Origin: a virus
Length of the DNA stretch: 64,000 nucleotides
Direction: 5' to 3' (one strand)
Virus record (IMG/VR): IMGVR_UViG_3300045988_140747
Positions 7,700 through 16,728 of this stretch are shown in pieces. The notes below the pieces were generated by a model. That model did no database searches. It had not been told where the DNA came from and saw only the letters and a list, made by a program, of their open reading frames with translations. Numbering within the stretch: position 1 is the stretch's first letter; each line of letters opens with the position of its first letter. The translations under genes and the position numbers were made by a program.

Positions 7700-8404
7700 A
7701 TGGCAGACATTAAAGACAAAATTTCAAAGCTTTTGGCTCTTGCCGAAAGCCCAAACGAGAACGAAGCCAAGATGGCACTGCTCAAAGCCAGAGAGCTTAT
7801 GGCTCAGTACAAGCTCACACCCGAAGAAATCACCCGGGAGAAAAGTGAGGTCGTGAAACGTGAAGTTCTCGGCATCAAATGCACAAAGATGACCAATGAC
7901 TGGATCCCTACATTGGCAAGTGTTATTGCTTCCCACTACTGCTGCAAGGCATATCTATACCGGGAGCAGTATTCCAAAACCAGTCAGATCGGCTTGATCG
8001 GACTTGAAGATGACTTTGACATCTGCAAAAAGATTATCCTCTATGCGGTTGAGTGCGTTCTGTCTGGAACCCGGCGGATTGTGAAGAACCCTTATGAACC
8101 CGCCGGGAGACACCGTAAGAATTGCAACGCATACGGTTGGGGGTTTGCCAAGGGACTTCGCGAAGCGTATGAAAAACAGGCTGAACAGCACCAAGAGTGG
8201 GGACTGGTTATGAGCGTTCCTTCCGCCGTCACTGATGAAATCAAAAGTCTCTGTGGAAAGGCAAAGCCCAAGCCTTATGGAACTGGGCGCTGTGATCGTG
8301 GCAGTTCCGATTTTGCCCAGTCTGGTTACGAAGCAGGAAAGCAGTTTGATCCGAGCCGCAGAATCGGAAATTCCGAACAGCCCGCATCTACTCTCACAGC
8401 TTGA
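7700..8404 (+). CDS. DUF2786-type protein (234 aa)
   Basis: ATG 7700 lies 9 nt after GGAGG (7686-7690). N-terminus DKISKLLALAESPNENEAKMALLKARELMAQY matches the DUF2786 signature helix pair. Confidence 0.7.
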   Translation: MADIKDKISKLLALAESPNENEAKMALLKARELMAQYKLTPEEITREKSEVVKREVLGIKCTKMTNDWIPTLASVIASHYCCKAYLYREQYSKTSQIGLIGLEDDFDICKKIILYAVECVLSGTRRIVKNPYEPAGRHRKNCNAYGWGFAKGLREAYEKQAEQHQEWGLVMSVPSAVTDEIKSLCGKAKPKPYGTGRCDRGSSDFAQSGYEAGKQFDPSRRIGNSEQPASTLTA

Positions 8405-8420
8405 AAAAGGAGAAAAATCT

Positions 8421-8924
8421 ATGAATGGTACGTTCTATCGTGGTGAGATTTACTACGTCAATCCCGGAAACGGCGAAGTTGGAAGTGAAATCCGAAGTGG
8501 TCGTCCCGGCGTTATCGTCAGCAACGATCTAAACAACAGGCATTCAGCCTTCGTTGAGATTGTATATTTGACAACGAAGGATAAAAAGCCTCTGCCAACG
8601 CATGTTCATGTTGAATCCTCTGGAGTTTCGGCCACCGCGCTGTGCGAACAGGTCGTAACTGTTGATAAAAGCCGCCTGAGCACATACATTGGCACACTTA
8701 CGAGCGCCGAGATGAAAGATGTCGAAAAGAGTATTGTTATCAGCCTTGGACTTGACGATTATGTTGCTGCCTCCAAAGAGAGCGCATTGGACCCAACCAG
8801 ACAGTGTTGCTCTCATTCTGAAAATTTGAAGCTTCGATTCCACAGCGATTCTGAGTATATCGCGGCTTGCGCACAGCGAGATGCCTACAAGGAACTGTGT
8901 ATGAAGCTTATCGATCGAAAGTGA
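8421..8924 (+). CDS. MazF/PemK-family endoribonuclease-like toxin with C-terminal extension (167 aa)
   Basis: GEIYYVNPGNGEVGSEIRSGRPGVIVSND...LTTKDKKPLPTHVHV...CEQVVTVDKSRL follows the PemK/MazF pattern (GdIy.v.f....GsE..g.RPavVvs......vvvpltt......p.hv.l.....s.v.~eqirtid~.RL). AAAGGAG RBS. Confidence 0.65.
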   Translation: MNGTFYRGEIYYVNPGNGEVGSEIRSGRPGVIVSNDLNNRHSAFVEIVYLTTKDKKPLPTHVHVESSGVSATALCEQVVTVDKSRLSTYIGTLTSAEMKDVEKSIVISLGLDDYVAASKESALDPTRQCCSHSENLKLRFHSDSEYIAACAQRDAYKELCMKLIDRK

Positions 8925-8936
8925 GGGAATCCGAAT

Positions 8937-9212
8937 ATGAAAGCTGAAACAATCGAGTGGCATGATATCAAAGAAGATGGATTGCCTGATATTGACGAAA
9001 ACGACTATTGCGAGAACCGTTTCCTTGTTGTCATCCATCACAAATATGTTGCTTTCGATAGAACCATTCAGGATGACGTTTTTGTTCATGAAGCATCAGT
9101 CTTATGTGGCGAGTTTGTAGATGATGAATGTGACAGTATCGAGAGGAAACGAAATGGGCACACTTTCACTATCACTCAGTGGGCAAGAATGCCGAAAGGA
9201 GTACATAAATGA
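8937..9212 (+). CDS. DUF551-like protein (91 aa)
   Basis: IEWHDIKEDGLPD ... ITQWARMPKG resembles the DUF551 frame (W..v....P ... tHWmplP). Confidence 0.55.
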   Translation: MKAETIEWHDIKEDGLPDIDENDYCENRFLVVIHHKYVAFDRTIQDDVFVHEASVLCGEFVDDECDSIERKRNGHTFTITQWARMPKGVHK

Positions 9213-9760
9213 GCAATCTGAAAGACGATGCCATCAATCTTTTGAATGACTTAAACCAGAGCGGCAACTTCAAATACGGAGATTATAGCGTTCTGTTTGA
9301 CGCCATTTGCGAGATCGAACCTTTGCAGGATCGAGACGAACAGCTAGAAGCATTGTGGGATGACTTCGGAAATGTTCCGTACAATGAAGAAACGGAAACC
9401 ATAGAAGAAGACTTTTTGACCTTTTGTGCCGGCACACATCGCTATGATATCTGGAAGTGGTTTGATGAACGGCACAGCAAAGGCGTAGCGTATCTTTTGT
9501 ATAAGTACGGACGGAACAAGTGCTATGTCTTAAAGCACAACAATTATGCTGATGGCGAGGACTTTGAAATTTTCTTCTATGAGGATGCGGCAAGGATTGC
9601 CATGAAGAGCGAGATGGAATCCGTTGTTGAAAACCTGAAGTCCGAAGGCTATGCGCCGGAGATTGTCAATAAGCCTTATCGCCCTGAAGTTTATGTACCT
9701 GATACTGGAATATATTACGACTGGGAAATCTTTCCGTCCTCTGTAAACGTTACCAAATGA
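9209..9760 (+). CDS. hypothetical protein with WFDERHSKG module (183 aa)
   Basis: AAGGAG RBS. Shares the segment DIWKWFDERHSKGVAYLLY with 18836..19498. Confidence 0.75.
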   Translation: MSNLKDDAINLLNDLNQSGNFKYGDYSVLFDAICEIEPLQDRDEQLEALWDDFGNVPYNEETETIEEDFLTFCAGTHRYDIWKWFDERHSKGVAYLLYKYGRNKCYVLKHNNYADGEDFEIFFYEDAARIAMKSEMESVVENLKSEGYAPEIVNKPYRPEVYVPDTGIYYDWEIFPSSVNVTK

Positions 9761-9813
9761 TACGCTATATCCAAATATTACCCAAAAAGATTTCTGAAAA
9801 TCGCTGTTTTGGC

Positions 9814-9841
9814 TTGACTTTACCGGCTGGTAATGTATAGT
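9814..9841 (+). promoter_or_regulatory. promoter, divergent relative of the conserved cassette (copy 5)
   Basis: TTGACT 9814-9819, 16-nt spacer, TATAGT 9836-9841, then leader and TGGAGG before ATG 9884. Confidence 0.55.
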
Positions 9842-9883
9842 AAAACTACGGAAACTATACTGCTTTACATGGAGGCTTGAAAA

Positions 9884-10102
9884 ATGACTAGAACAGCTGG
9901 ACAGGTCCCTGATCTGCCGAAAGAAATCGTTGATCGATGGATGAATGAAAATGGATACCCTTGCGGAGCCCTCAAAAAATGTGATGAATGTACCCCGTCC
10001 ACTTACTCCGCTTGCTCGACTTGGGCAATTTGGTTCAAGAAATCGTGGGGGAATATTTGCTACAATGCGACACAATCGAAAAGGAGAGATCTTGATCTAT
10101 GA
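9884..10102 (+). CDS. hypothetical protein (72 aa)
   Basis: GGAGG lies 8 nt upstream. Confidence 0.65.
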   Translation: MTRTAGQVPDLPKEIVDRWMNENGYPCGALKKCDECTPSTYSACSTWAIWFKKSWGNICYNATQSKRRDLDL

Positions 10103-10461
10103 GCTATGACATCAGTCTCGTTGACCCGGTCACAAAAGAAACTCTTGAGGCCGACTTCGTACACCATATCACTGGTGGATCCTATACTATTGGCGGAACC
10201 AGAAAGCTCGAGCTCAATGTGACATGGAACTACTGTAAGTTCTACTATGGAGACAAGGCCTTCGGGGACAAGGGTATCAAATCGCTTGATGGGATGACAG
10301 GCGCTGAAAGCATTCCTATCCTGAAAAAAGCTATTTCAAACCTTGGAGACGATGTTTCCCCTGTATACTGGGATGCTACCGAGGGAAACGCAAAGAAAGC
10401 TTTGTGCGGGTTGCTCGCACTTGCTCAAATTAGGCCTGACGGCGTATGGGAGGTGGTGTGA
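10099..10461 (+). CDS. hypothetical protein (120 aa)
   Basis: ATGA overlap with the previous stop. AAGGAG at 10081. Confidence 0.7.
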   Translation: MSYDISLVDPVTKETLEADFVHHITGGSYTIGGTRKLELNVTWNYCKFYYGDKAFGDKGIKSLDGMTGAESIPILKKAISNLGDDVSPVYWDATEGNAKKALCGLLALAQIRPDGVWEVV

Positions 10462-10462
10462 A

Positions 10463-10876
10463 GTGGATCTCAATGGGTTCGAAGTATATGATATGAGGGA
10501 TCGTCCCATTGCATTCTCTATCACAGAGAATGGAATCACATTCAATGCAAGCGCTGCTAAAGCCATTGGATATCCAGCGTATGCTACGCTGTATATCAAT
10601 AAAGAGGACCGACTACTGTTATTGATGGCATCCGACAAGTACGACGATAAATCGAAATCCTTTTTCACAGGAAAAAGAAAAAATGCTAATGTCAAAAACG
10701 TGCGATGGAATAGCGAGTCGCTGAATCGGGATGTCATTGATCTCATAGAGGGAGATAAAACCGGTGAACTTTGCATTTCCGACTTCAGGGTTCGTGGAAG
10801 GAAGGTTGATGTTGGAAAAGAGCCTCCGGTACCAGCTGTATTGTTCGACTTAAAAGTTGCGAAGCAAATATTGTGA
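10463..10876 (+). CDS. hypothetical protein (137 aa)
   Basis: GTG 10463 lies 6 nt after GGGAGGTGG. ATG 10493 is an alternative start. The upstream part of ORF 10343 overlaps the previous gene. Confidence 0.55.
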   Translation: MDLNGFEVYDMRDRPIAFSITENGITFNASAAKAIGYPAYATLYINKEDRLLLLMASDKYDDKSKSFFTGKRKNANVKNVRWNSESLNRDVIDLIEGDKTGELCISDFRVRGRKVDVGKEPPVPAVLFDLKVAKQIL

Positions 10877-10886
10877 GGGAGAAGCT

Positions 10887-11069
10887 ATGATTATCTGCGA
10901 TCCCCAGTGCCCTGACAGATTTCCTGGATGCTCAGATCGTTGTGAGCGGTACAAGGAAAGGCGAAAAGATTACGAAAAAAGAATGAAGTATCTGAAGGAT
11001 TTTTCGTTTAATCCGTATTGCAGGCACAAAAGGCACCGTGATATTGTTCGAGACGCAAAAAGAGAATAA
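10887..11069 (+). CDS. small Cys-rich basic protein (60 aa)
   Basis: ATG 10887 follows GAGGGAG. Reads CDPQCPDRFPGCSDRC, then a Lys/Arg-rich tail. Confidence 0.6.
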   Translation: MIICDPQCPDRFPGCSDRCERYKERRKDYEKRMKYLKDFSFNPYCRHKRHRDIVRDAKRE

Positions 11070-11206
11070 TCCCGCTTTGCTTGTATGGCATTTATGAAGG
11101 CATGTGAGGAGGTGCTACTCTTATAAAAAAGAAGAATGTTTATGAAAAAAGGATCAAGGCCCGAAATGATGCAGCACAGATCTTTTGTTGGTGTATCGTT
11201 ATTGCG

Positions 11207-11854
11207 TTGAACCAAGAAGAAGGAATCGGTTCAGAACGGCTCGGAAGAGCTTGTGATGAGATGAAGACTTTTGAGGATAAGTTCAAGAACATGATCCAGT
11301 CTTCCGGCAGAAAAGCTGCTTCTGTCGAAATGGAAAGGCTCTTGGATGGAGTGTGTGATACCGACATTATCCTTCCTTCTCTCAAGTACCCGAAGACACG
11401 CTTTGAAGAGCAAATCCGAATGGCAGAAAACGATGGTGGAAGAATTGCGTGGCTTGTGATGGCTTGCTCCGCTCGGTCTACTTTTGGATTTGGCAAGGAT
11501 CGTCTTGCTCGTCTAAAGAAAGAATCGCTCGATAATTATCGGCAGTATATTGAATGGAAGGAAAGCGCCGGGGAAACGTATGCGCTCGAACAGATCAGGA
11601 GATGCGCCTCTGCTGCACTTAGAGAGACACTGTACATTTCAGACACAAGGAATGACGAGCCTCCCACAAGAGCATACGTTAGAGAGAATGATCCCATTTC
11701 AGCTTTGAATGTTTCATCGGCGGTTTCTGCAAATCTTGCAAGAAAAAAAGGCGTAAAAAGTGTTCCACTTCTCGTTCTTAGCCAAGATGAGGCTCGAAAG
11801 CAAGTAAAAGCTGTCCTTGATTCGCTTTATCCGCAGGCGGGCAAAAAGTGCTAA
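11207..11854 (+). CDS. hypothetical protein (at least 215 aa; start uncertain)
   Basis: The first canonical start in frame is TTG 11207, with no RBS. The frame is open from 11108, and a strong GAGGAGG (11106-11112) sits there, suggesting a non-canonical start near 11120. Confidence 0.55.
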   Translation: MNQEEGIGSERLGRACDEMKTFEDKFKNMIQSSGRKAASVEMERLLDGVCDTDIILPSLKYPKTRFEEQIRMAENDGGRIAWLVMACSARSTFGFGKDRLARLKKESLDNYRQYIEWKESAGETYALEQIRRCASAALRETLYISDTRNDEPPTRAYVRENDPISALNVSSAVSANLARKKGVKSVPLLVLSQDEARKQVKAVLDSLYPQAGKKC

Positions 11855-11955
11855 TTGATAAAATTTCATTGGCCGTTCCTTTCGCCCTGCTGTCTGTGCA
11901 TGTCTATATCCGATATATGACTGTACTCGGTATTCCGTTATGATGGAGAAAAACA

Positions 11956-12120
11956 ATGAGAAAAAGTATTCTGGCGAGGATGACTGACTTTGTGGCCGAT
12001 AGTCGCATTGCTCCTGTTGTCATTGGAATTGGCATAGTTGTTCTTCTGTATGTGCTTGTTTCATTGCCACTTACTGCGCTCAAGTTGAAGTTTTTACAGT
12101 TTGTCATTAGTGCACTGTAG
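11956..12120 (+). CDS. small membrane protein (54 aa)
   Basis: Below ORF-track cutoff. GGAG lies 7 nt upstream. Hydrophobic core APVVIGIGIVVLLYVLVSLPL. Confidence 0.45.
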   Translation: MRKSILARMTDFVADSRIAPVVIGIGIVVLLYVLVSLPLTALKLKFLQFVISAL

Positions 12121-12145
12121 AAAACGAAAATTTTGATTTGAAAGT

Positions 12146-12175
12146 TTGACCTTATTGCAATTTTGATGTATGATA
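12146..12175 (+). promoter_or_regulatory. sigma-70-type promoter (not of the conserved family)
   Basis: TTGACC 12146-12151, 17-nt spacer, TATGAT 12169-12174. Confidence 0.5.
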
Positions 12176-12209
12176 CATAAAAAGGCAAAACGAGAATGGA
12201 GGTGAAACA

Positions 12210-12719
12210 ATGAACGCAAAGGACACCATTACGGCTGCGCTCAAGTCGGTCGGACTTACACAGAAGGAGGCCGCTGCAAAAATAGGATGGTCGCCGTATC
12301 AGATCAATGCCAAAATTGCAAAGGGAACGCTTCGAGCTGACGCATTTTTGAACCTCATGGACAGTATCGGAGTAGATGTTACTCTGACGAACAGAGCAAC
12401 TGGGAAAGAGATCCGCCTGCCCACCGAGGGAGTTGGACGGCGAGTAAAGGCAATGGTTGATCGCGTTATCTACGATACCGCAGCATCCGATGCGCTTGCC
12501 AACAACTTCTACGCAGATGGGAAAAATGAGTACTCCGATGGAATGGCTATGGAACTGTACATCGATCAGAACGGTCGATACTTCTTTGCTTGCTATAGCA
12601 ACCTAGAGGGAGTCAAGGATCGGATCCTTCCCATCTCCGCGTCAGATGCGGCCACATTCATCCGAAGATATGGAACTGCAACACACAAAGAGGATGCAGG
12701 CTCCGAAATTCAAGAATAA
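12210..12719 (+). CDS. HTH (XRE-like) domain protein (169 aa)
   Basis: GGAGGTG RBS. N-terminal LKSVGLTQKEAAAKIGWSPYQINAKIAKG looks like a helix-turn-helix. Confidence 0.65.
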   Translation: MNAKDTITAALKSVGLTQKEAAAKIGWSPYQINAKIAKGTLRADAFLNLMDSIGVDVTLTNRATGKEIRLPTEGVGRRVKAMVDRVIYDTAASDALANNFYADGKNEYSDGMAMELYIDQNGRYFFACYSNLEGVKDRILPISASDAATFIRRYGTATHKEDAGSEIQE

Positions 12720-12730
12720 CTTTAGATTTT

Positions 12731-12768
12731 ACACCCCGACGGAATATCCGCCGGGGTGTTTTCTTTTT
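12731..12768 (+). terminator. rho-independent terminator
   Basis: ACACCCCG (12731-12738) pairs with CGGGGTGT (12752-12759), followed by TTTTCTTTTT. Confidence 0.7.
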
Positions 12769-12877
12769 ATTCCGGCAGAAAGGGCCATTCCTTCATCGGG
12801 TAAAAGATAAAAAGCTACAAACTGTATTCTATACGAAAACCGCAACATGAAAGAATGTTTCGATGCATCGTCAAAAC

Positions 12878-12905
12878 TTGACATGGCCGGTAGTTCTGGT
12901 ACGAT
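12878..12905 (+). promoter_or_regulatory. conserved phage promoter cassette, copy 6
   Basis: TTGACA 12878-12883, spacer tggcCGGTAGTTcTGG, TACGAT 12900-12905. Confidence 0.7.
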
Positions 12906-12955
12906 AAAGTTGTGGAAAAAACCACACGATATCGAGAAAAAAGGAGGTGAATGAG

Positions 12956-13054
12956 ATGAGCAAGGAGTTCTTCAATCTCCCTGAATCCACCAAGAGGATG
13001 ATCTGGGAGGCACTTCTCGCACGGTGGGCAGCAAAAAAGCCCGCCACCCGATAA
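12956..13054 (+). CDS. micro-protein (32 aa), tentative
   Basis: AAGGAGGTG lies 6 nt upstream. Reads MSKEFFNLPESTKRMIWEALLARWAAKKPATR. First ORF after promoter copy 6. Confidence 0.4.
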   Translation: MSKEFFNLPESTKRMIWEALLARWAAKKPATR

Positions 13055-13237
13055 ACGGATGACAGGCTGCAAGATGAGATTTCCAGACCACATCTTGTAG
13101 CCAGTCTACCATCGGAAGGAGATGATGTCAAGAGGTTTCCGGCGGAGTTTGACCTCATAAATCAAGCCCCGCCCCACTACCTCGGCAACAGCCGGGAGAT
13201 TATCTCGATTATACACCGAACAACAGGAGGCTTCGAA

Positions 13238-13570
13238 ATGAGATGCTGTAATCTGGATCCGCTGCCAGTCGTCACCGGCGATCCGTTTGACTGGCACGAT
13301 GACTGCGAGTTTTGCGTCACGCTGGCTGCTCGTGCTGCCGCGATCGTCCAGCAGGTCACAAGATACGCTGTCACTCGGTACACCTGCCCAGGACGACAGA
13401 TTATCGTATCCAAAAGCACGCGCACCACTGGAGGGTGGCAAGTGACCTACTACTGTACCGACCGGATTACCGGGGACATGGTGCCGACAGGACACACCGA
13501 TTGCGACACAGCCGAACAGGTTGCTGGAGAAATCCCAGAAAGCTTTTGCGCAGCCGATGCTGTCGCATAA
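13238..13570 (+). CDS. hypothetical Cys-rich protein (110 aa)
   Basis: CAGGAGG lies 8 nt upstream. Confidence 0.65.
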   Translation: MRCCNLDPLPVVTGDPFDWHDDCEFCVTLAARAAAIVQQVTRYAVTRYTCPGRQIIVSKSTRTTGGWQVTYYCTDRITGDMVPTGHTDCDTAEQVAGEIPESFCAADAVA

Positions 13571-13597
13571 TCACAATCAGAAACAGGAGAATGCAAT

Positions 13598-13921
13598 ATG
13601 ACTACTGAAGAGCTCTTCCATAAAATGCAATGGCATGTCGAACGCGAGGTCAAGCATTACAAGGCAGATTTCGATATCGACAAAGACGATATCCTTGAGC
13701 GCATCGCTAGCCGACGGTTTGGTCAGTACATTTGGGTCACGCGCGAGTGTGGGACTCATTTTGTTTCCACCGGGACATGCGCAGACGATCCGAAGGCTTC
13801 CGAGGAATTCCTCAATGCAATCCGAAGGACTTGGCCTGAGCGCCACGAATACATTATTACAATTTCGTCCACAGGACGCCATAGATTCCAAAGGAATGGA
13901 ATGAAACCGAGTGGAAAGTAA
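13598..13921 (+). CDS. hypothetical protein (107 aa)
   Basis: CAGGAG RBS. Confidence 0.7.
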   Translation: MTTEELFHKMQWHVEREVKHYKADFDIDKDDILERIASRRFGQYIWVTRECGTHFVSTGTCADDPKASEEFLNAIRRTWPERHEYIITISSTGRHRFQRNGMKPSGK

Positions 13922-13972
13922 TTGCGGATTTCTGCTTTTTTGAAAAATCTTCGGAAAAATAGCGATTTTATA

Positions 13973-14000
13973 TTGACTTTTCCGATCGGTATGGTATCGT
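13973..14000 (+). promoter_or_regulatory. conserved phage promoter cassette, copy 7
   Basis: TTGACT 13973-13978, 16-nt spacer, TGG + TATCGT 13995-14000. Confidence 0.6.
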
Positions 14001-14040
14001 AAAGATATGGAAACACAACACGATCAAAAGGAGGCACACA

Positions 14041-14640
14041 ATGGCTGTTTATGCATGTATTTACGGCAAGGAAAACATTGCCGAATATGAAGGATGCGTT
14101 CTAAGAACCTACGAGAAAAACGGCTACGAAGATTCTGACTGGTATGCGGTTTGCTGGGACCGCAGCAAGAAAGCTGTTGTTGATGTGAAGTATGACACAA
14201 CCCGGGCTGGTGGCGGTGGCTCCGCCGTGATCGACGCTACGGATGATGTTATCCGCCTTGCGTATCGGTATTACTGGAGCCTTGGCAGATCCTTCTTCGA
14301 CAACAGATCTAACCCCGACAACGCCAAGATGATTCGCGTTGGCGACACCGTAAAGGTGGTTCGCGGCCGCAAGGTCAAGAAGGGGAGCGAAGGAACCGTT
14401 TTCTGGGTTGGAACCAGAAAGAACCTGTACACCTACCGGGTCGAGGATCGGATTGGAGTGGAAATCAATGGCGAACGAGTGTTCCTTCCTGCCGAATATG
14501 TCGAGGTTATTGGCTGGGAGAAACGCCTCGTTACCGGGAGAGCCAGAAAGCAGAAGATTCGAAACTTAGCCCTGAGCTCTATGCCGAGCTGGGCCATCGA
14601 TAAGCTTGTCAACGGATATAAGGAGGCCGCAAATGATTAA
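14041..14640 (+). CDS. hypothetical protein (199 aa)
   Basis: AAGGAGG RBS. A KOW/SH3-like stretch VGDTVKVVRGRKVKKGSEGTVFWVG. Confidence 0.75.
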   Translation: MAVYACIYGKENIAEYEGCVLRTYEKNGYEDSDWYAVCWDRSKKAVVDVKYDTTRAGGGGSAVIDATDDVIRLAYRYYWSLGRSFFDNRSNPDNAKMIRVGDTVKVVRGRKVKKGSEGTVFWVGTRKNLYTYRVEDRIGVEINGERVFLPAEYVEVIGWEKRLVTGRARKQKIRNLALSSMPSWAIDKLVNGYKEAAND

Positions 14641-15007
14641 GGACTATAAGCCGTCTTTTACGGAGATCATCACCGAGTACAGCCTCGTGTTTGATGATGG
14701 ACACCACAATGGGTTCGGCTTTCCCTGTGATGAAAACGGAAAGCTGCCCGAAAACATGAAGTACGAGAAGCCTGCAGCATTCGACAACTACATCGATTGC
14801 CTGAAGCATCCTGAACGCTTCTTGCGCTTCAATAAGGTCGTCAAGGAGGAACGCAGCGTTCATAACTGCGCATCTGGCGCTTGTTCGTGCGGAGAACGAG
14901 TGTATCTTTATGACCAGTATCAAGGAGCTTGTCAGTGCCCCAATTGCGGAAAATGGTACAACCTGTTCGGACAGGAGCTGATCCCACCTGAAGAGTGGAA
15001 TGATTGA
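14633..15007 (+). CDS. hypothetical zinc-ribbon protein (124 aa)
   Basis: ATG 14633 follows AGGAGG (14621-14626). CSCGERV...CQCPNCG. Confidence 0.7.
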   Translation: MIKDYKPSFTEIITEYSLVFDDGHHNGFGFPCDENGKLPENMKYEKPAAFDNYIDCLKHPERFLRFNKVVKEERSVHNCASGACSCGERVYLYDQYQGACQCPNCGKWYNLFGQELIPPEEWND

Positions 15008-15023
15008 TTGGAGGTTATGTGCC

Positions 15024-15302
15024 ATGACAAAAGAAATGCTGAAGCTGTCTTCAACCGAAGTCCACGCTACAATCCCATACAGTATGATCTGCATGACTCG
15101 GTATGGATGTTCGTGGGACACTGGGAGACGCCGCCGGGCGTGGTTGTCCTACTTTTCCGAAGAAGAGCGGAAAGCGGCTGCACGGCTATTTCCTAAAGCC
15201 CGTGATTGGACTGTTGGCCGGGGAGTTCCCGCGGTTGTCAGAATGAGCGAGAAGACATTCTTCCTGTGGCAGAAGCTCGGAGAGTTCTGTACATCTATCT
15301 AA
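15024..15302 (+). CDS. hypothetical protein (92 aa)
   Basis: ATG 15024 lies 9 nt after GGAGG (15010-15014). Confidence 0.6.
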   Translation: MTKEMLKLSSTEVHATIPYSMICMTRYGCSWDTGRRRRAWLSYFSEEERKAAARLFPKARDWTVGRGVPAVVRMSEKTFFLWQKLGEFCTSI

Positions 15303-15319
15303 AGAGGAGGTTGAAGATA

Positions 15320-15478
15320 ATGTATAAGATTCGTGACAAGTACGTTGGGCTTCCGCGGGAAGGCATCGACGAATTCGATACTCACGAAGAAGCGCTGCTG
15401 ATGCTTTCTGAGTATCGGATTGCTTACGGACCGTTCTGGACGTTCTCTCTCAAGAAGGCTGGTGAAAAAAATGATTAA
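15320..15478 (+). CDS. hypothetical protein (52 aa)
   Basis: ATG 15320 follows AGAGGAGG. Confidence 0.55.
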   Translation: MYKIRDKYVGLPREGIDEFDTHEEALLMLSEYRIAYGPFWTFSLKKAGEKND

Positions 15479-15914
15479 GATGATTAGCAATCGCGACGAT
15501 TTTCTCATGACGGTACTAGAATGTGGGAGAGATGATTTGTCACTCCTTGATGATGTGAACTATGATTGGGGAAACATTTTGGAAGACGGACTCTCCGATC
15601 TGCGCGGCATAAATGACGTTATGTATGCCGTGTTCGAATATGGTATTGCCAGGATCAATGATTCCATAAGTGATCGAATCGCTGATTTGTCCGCTCGCGG
15701 GGAAGAGCTTGACATCGAAGAGAAAAAAGAACTCGAAGAGCTTCAAACTCTTGTCCCAAACGAAGACATTCGCAGCTATCGCAATTGTATTGATACCAGT
15801 GTGTGGGCTGAGAATCATGGTGCTGTTTATAGAAAGTACCTTTCTGATGCGCTTGAAGACTTCAGGTACGGCACTGGATTTTCGATAGATACCGGATGGA
15901 GCGACGATGAATAA
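15471..15914 (+). CDS. hypothetical acidic protein (147 aa)
   Basis: ATG 15471 overlaps the previous stop by 8 nt. Confidence 0.6.
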   Translation: MIKMISNRDDFLMTVLECGRDDLSLLDDVNYDWGNILEDGLSDLRGINDVMYAVFEYGIARINDSISDRIADLSARGEELDIEEKKELEELQTLVPNEDIRSYRNCIDTSVWAENHGAVYRKYLSDALEDFRYGTGFSIDTGWSDDE

Positions 15915-16536
15915 GATTGTAGTTACCGCAGCTGATATCAATAAGGTTCTGGCGTGGCGCGATGAGCATGTTGACCTTGTGAGATCTATGCCACTCGCCC
16001 TGAGCGAAGTCGAAATCCAGTGCGTGGAAAGCGAGATTTCGATCACATGCTACCGGAAGGAACGAAAGCTGAAAATGTACATCAGAGATTCTGATGGACT
16101 TCTCGGGCATTCCACCTTTGTTCCTTATGACGGAAAAATGTGGGAGAGAACGAAGACTACCCTGCCGTCAACACTGTTTGGATCCCAGATTCAGAGGGAT
16201 GCAATCACGGTTTACAGCTCGCTCATGGCGCTGATGGTCTACGGAAAAAACTATCCTGCAAATCAAAATGACAGGAAGACAGCCACCGGGAGTGCTACTA
16301 AGAAGGTCTCCAAGAAGTCAACTTCCGACGTAACATATATCATTCACTCCACTGGAAATCGTGTTTCACTTGTTCAAAAGGGACATCATACAAGCCCTTC
16401 TTGCTCATTTACCGTGAGAGGACACTTTAGACATTACAAGAACGGTAAGACGATCTGGATCTCCGAATATAAAAAAGGAACAGGTGATGAGCACCACAAG
16501 ACGTACAAGATCTCTCCCAATCGAATCTCCATTTGA
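15907..16536 (+). CDS. hypothetical protein (209 aa)
   Basis: ATGA-type overlap with the previous gene. Its stop codon lies inside the -35 box of promoter copy 8. Confidence 0.7.
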   Translation: MNKIVVTAADINKVLAWRDEHVDLVRSMPLALSEVEIQCVESEISITCYRKERKLKMYIRDSDGLLGHSTFVPYDGKMWERTKTTLPSTLFGSQIQRDAITVYSSLMALMVYGKNYPANQNDRKTATGSATKKVSKKSTSDVTYIIHSTGNRVSLVQKGHHTSPSCSFTVRGHFRHYKNGKTIWISEYKKGTGDEHHKTYKISPNRISI

Positions 16537-16560
16537 CATGCTCGGTAGTCATGTTACGAT
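16533..16560 (+). promoter_or_regulatory. conserved phage promoter cassette, copy 8
   Basis: TTGACA 16533-16538, spacer tgctCGGTAGTcaTGt, TACGAT 16555-16560. Confidence 0.7.
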
Positions 16561-16614
16561 AAAGTTATGAACATCAACCTATTATCGACAAAAAATAAAA
16601 TGGAGGACAAAATT

Positions 16615-16728
16615 ATGACTATGGTTGAACTTCGACACAAAATCTGTGAGATGGGAGCTGCCCGGGCGGAGCATCCTTATGGAACCCCTGAGTTTAATGC
16701 TGCTAATGATGTGCATGGAGAAATCTAA
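16615..16728 (+). CDS. micro-protein (37 aa), tentative
   Basis: TGGAGGA lies 7 nt upstream. Its stop is immediately followed by the ATG of the next gene. Confidence 0.4.
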   Translation: MTMVELRHKICEMGAARAEHPYGTPEFNAANDVHGEI

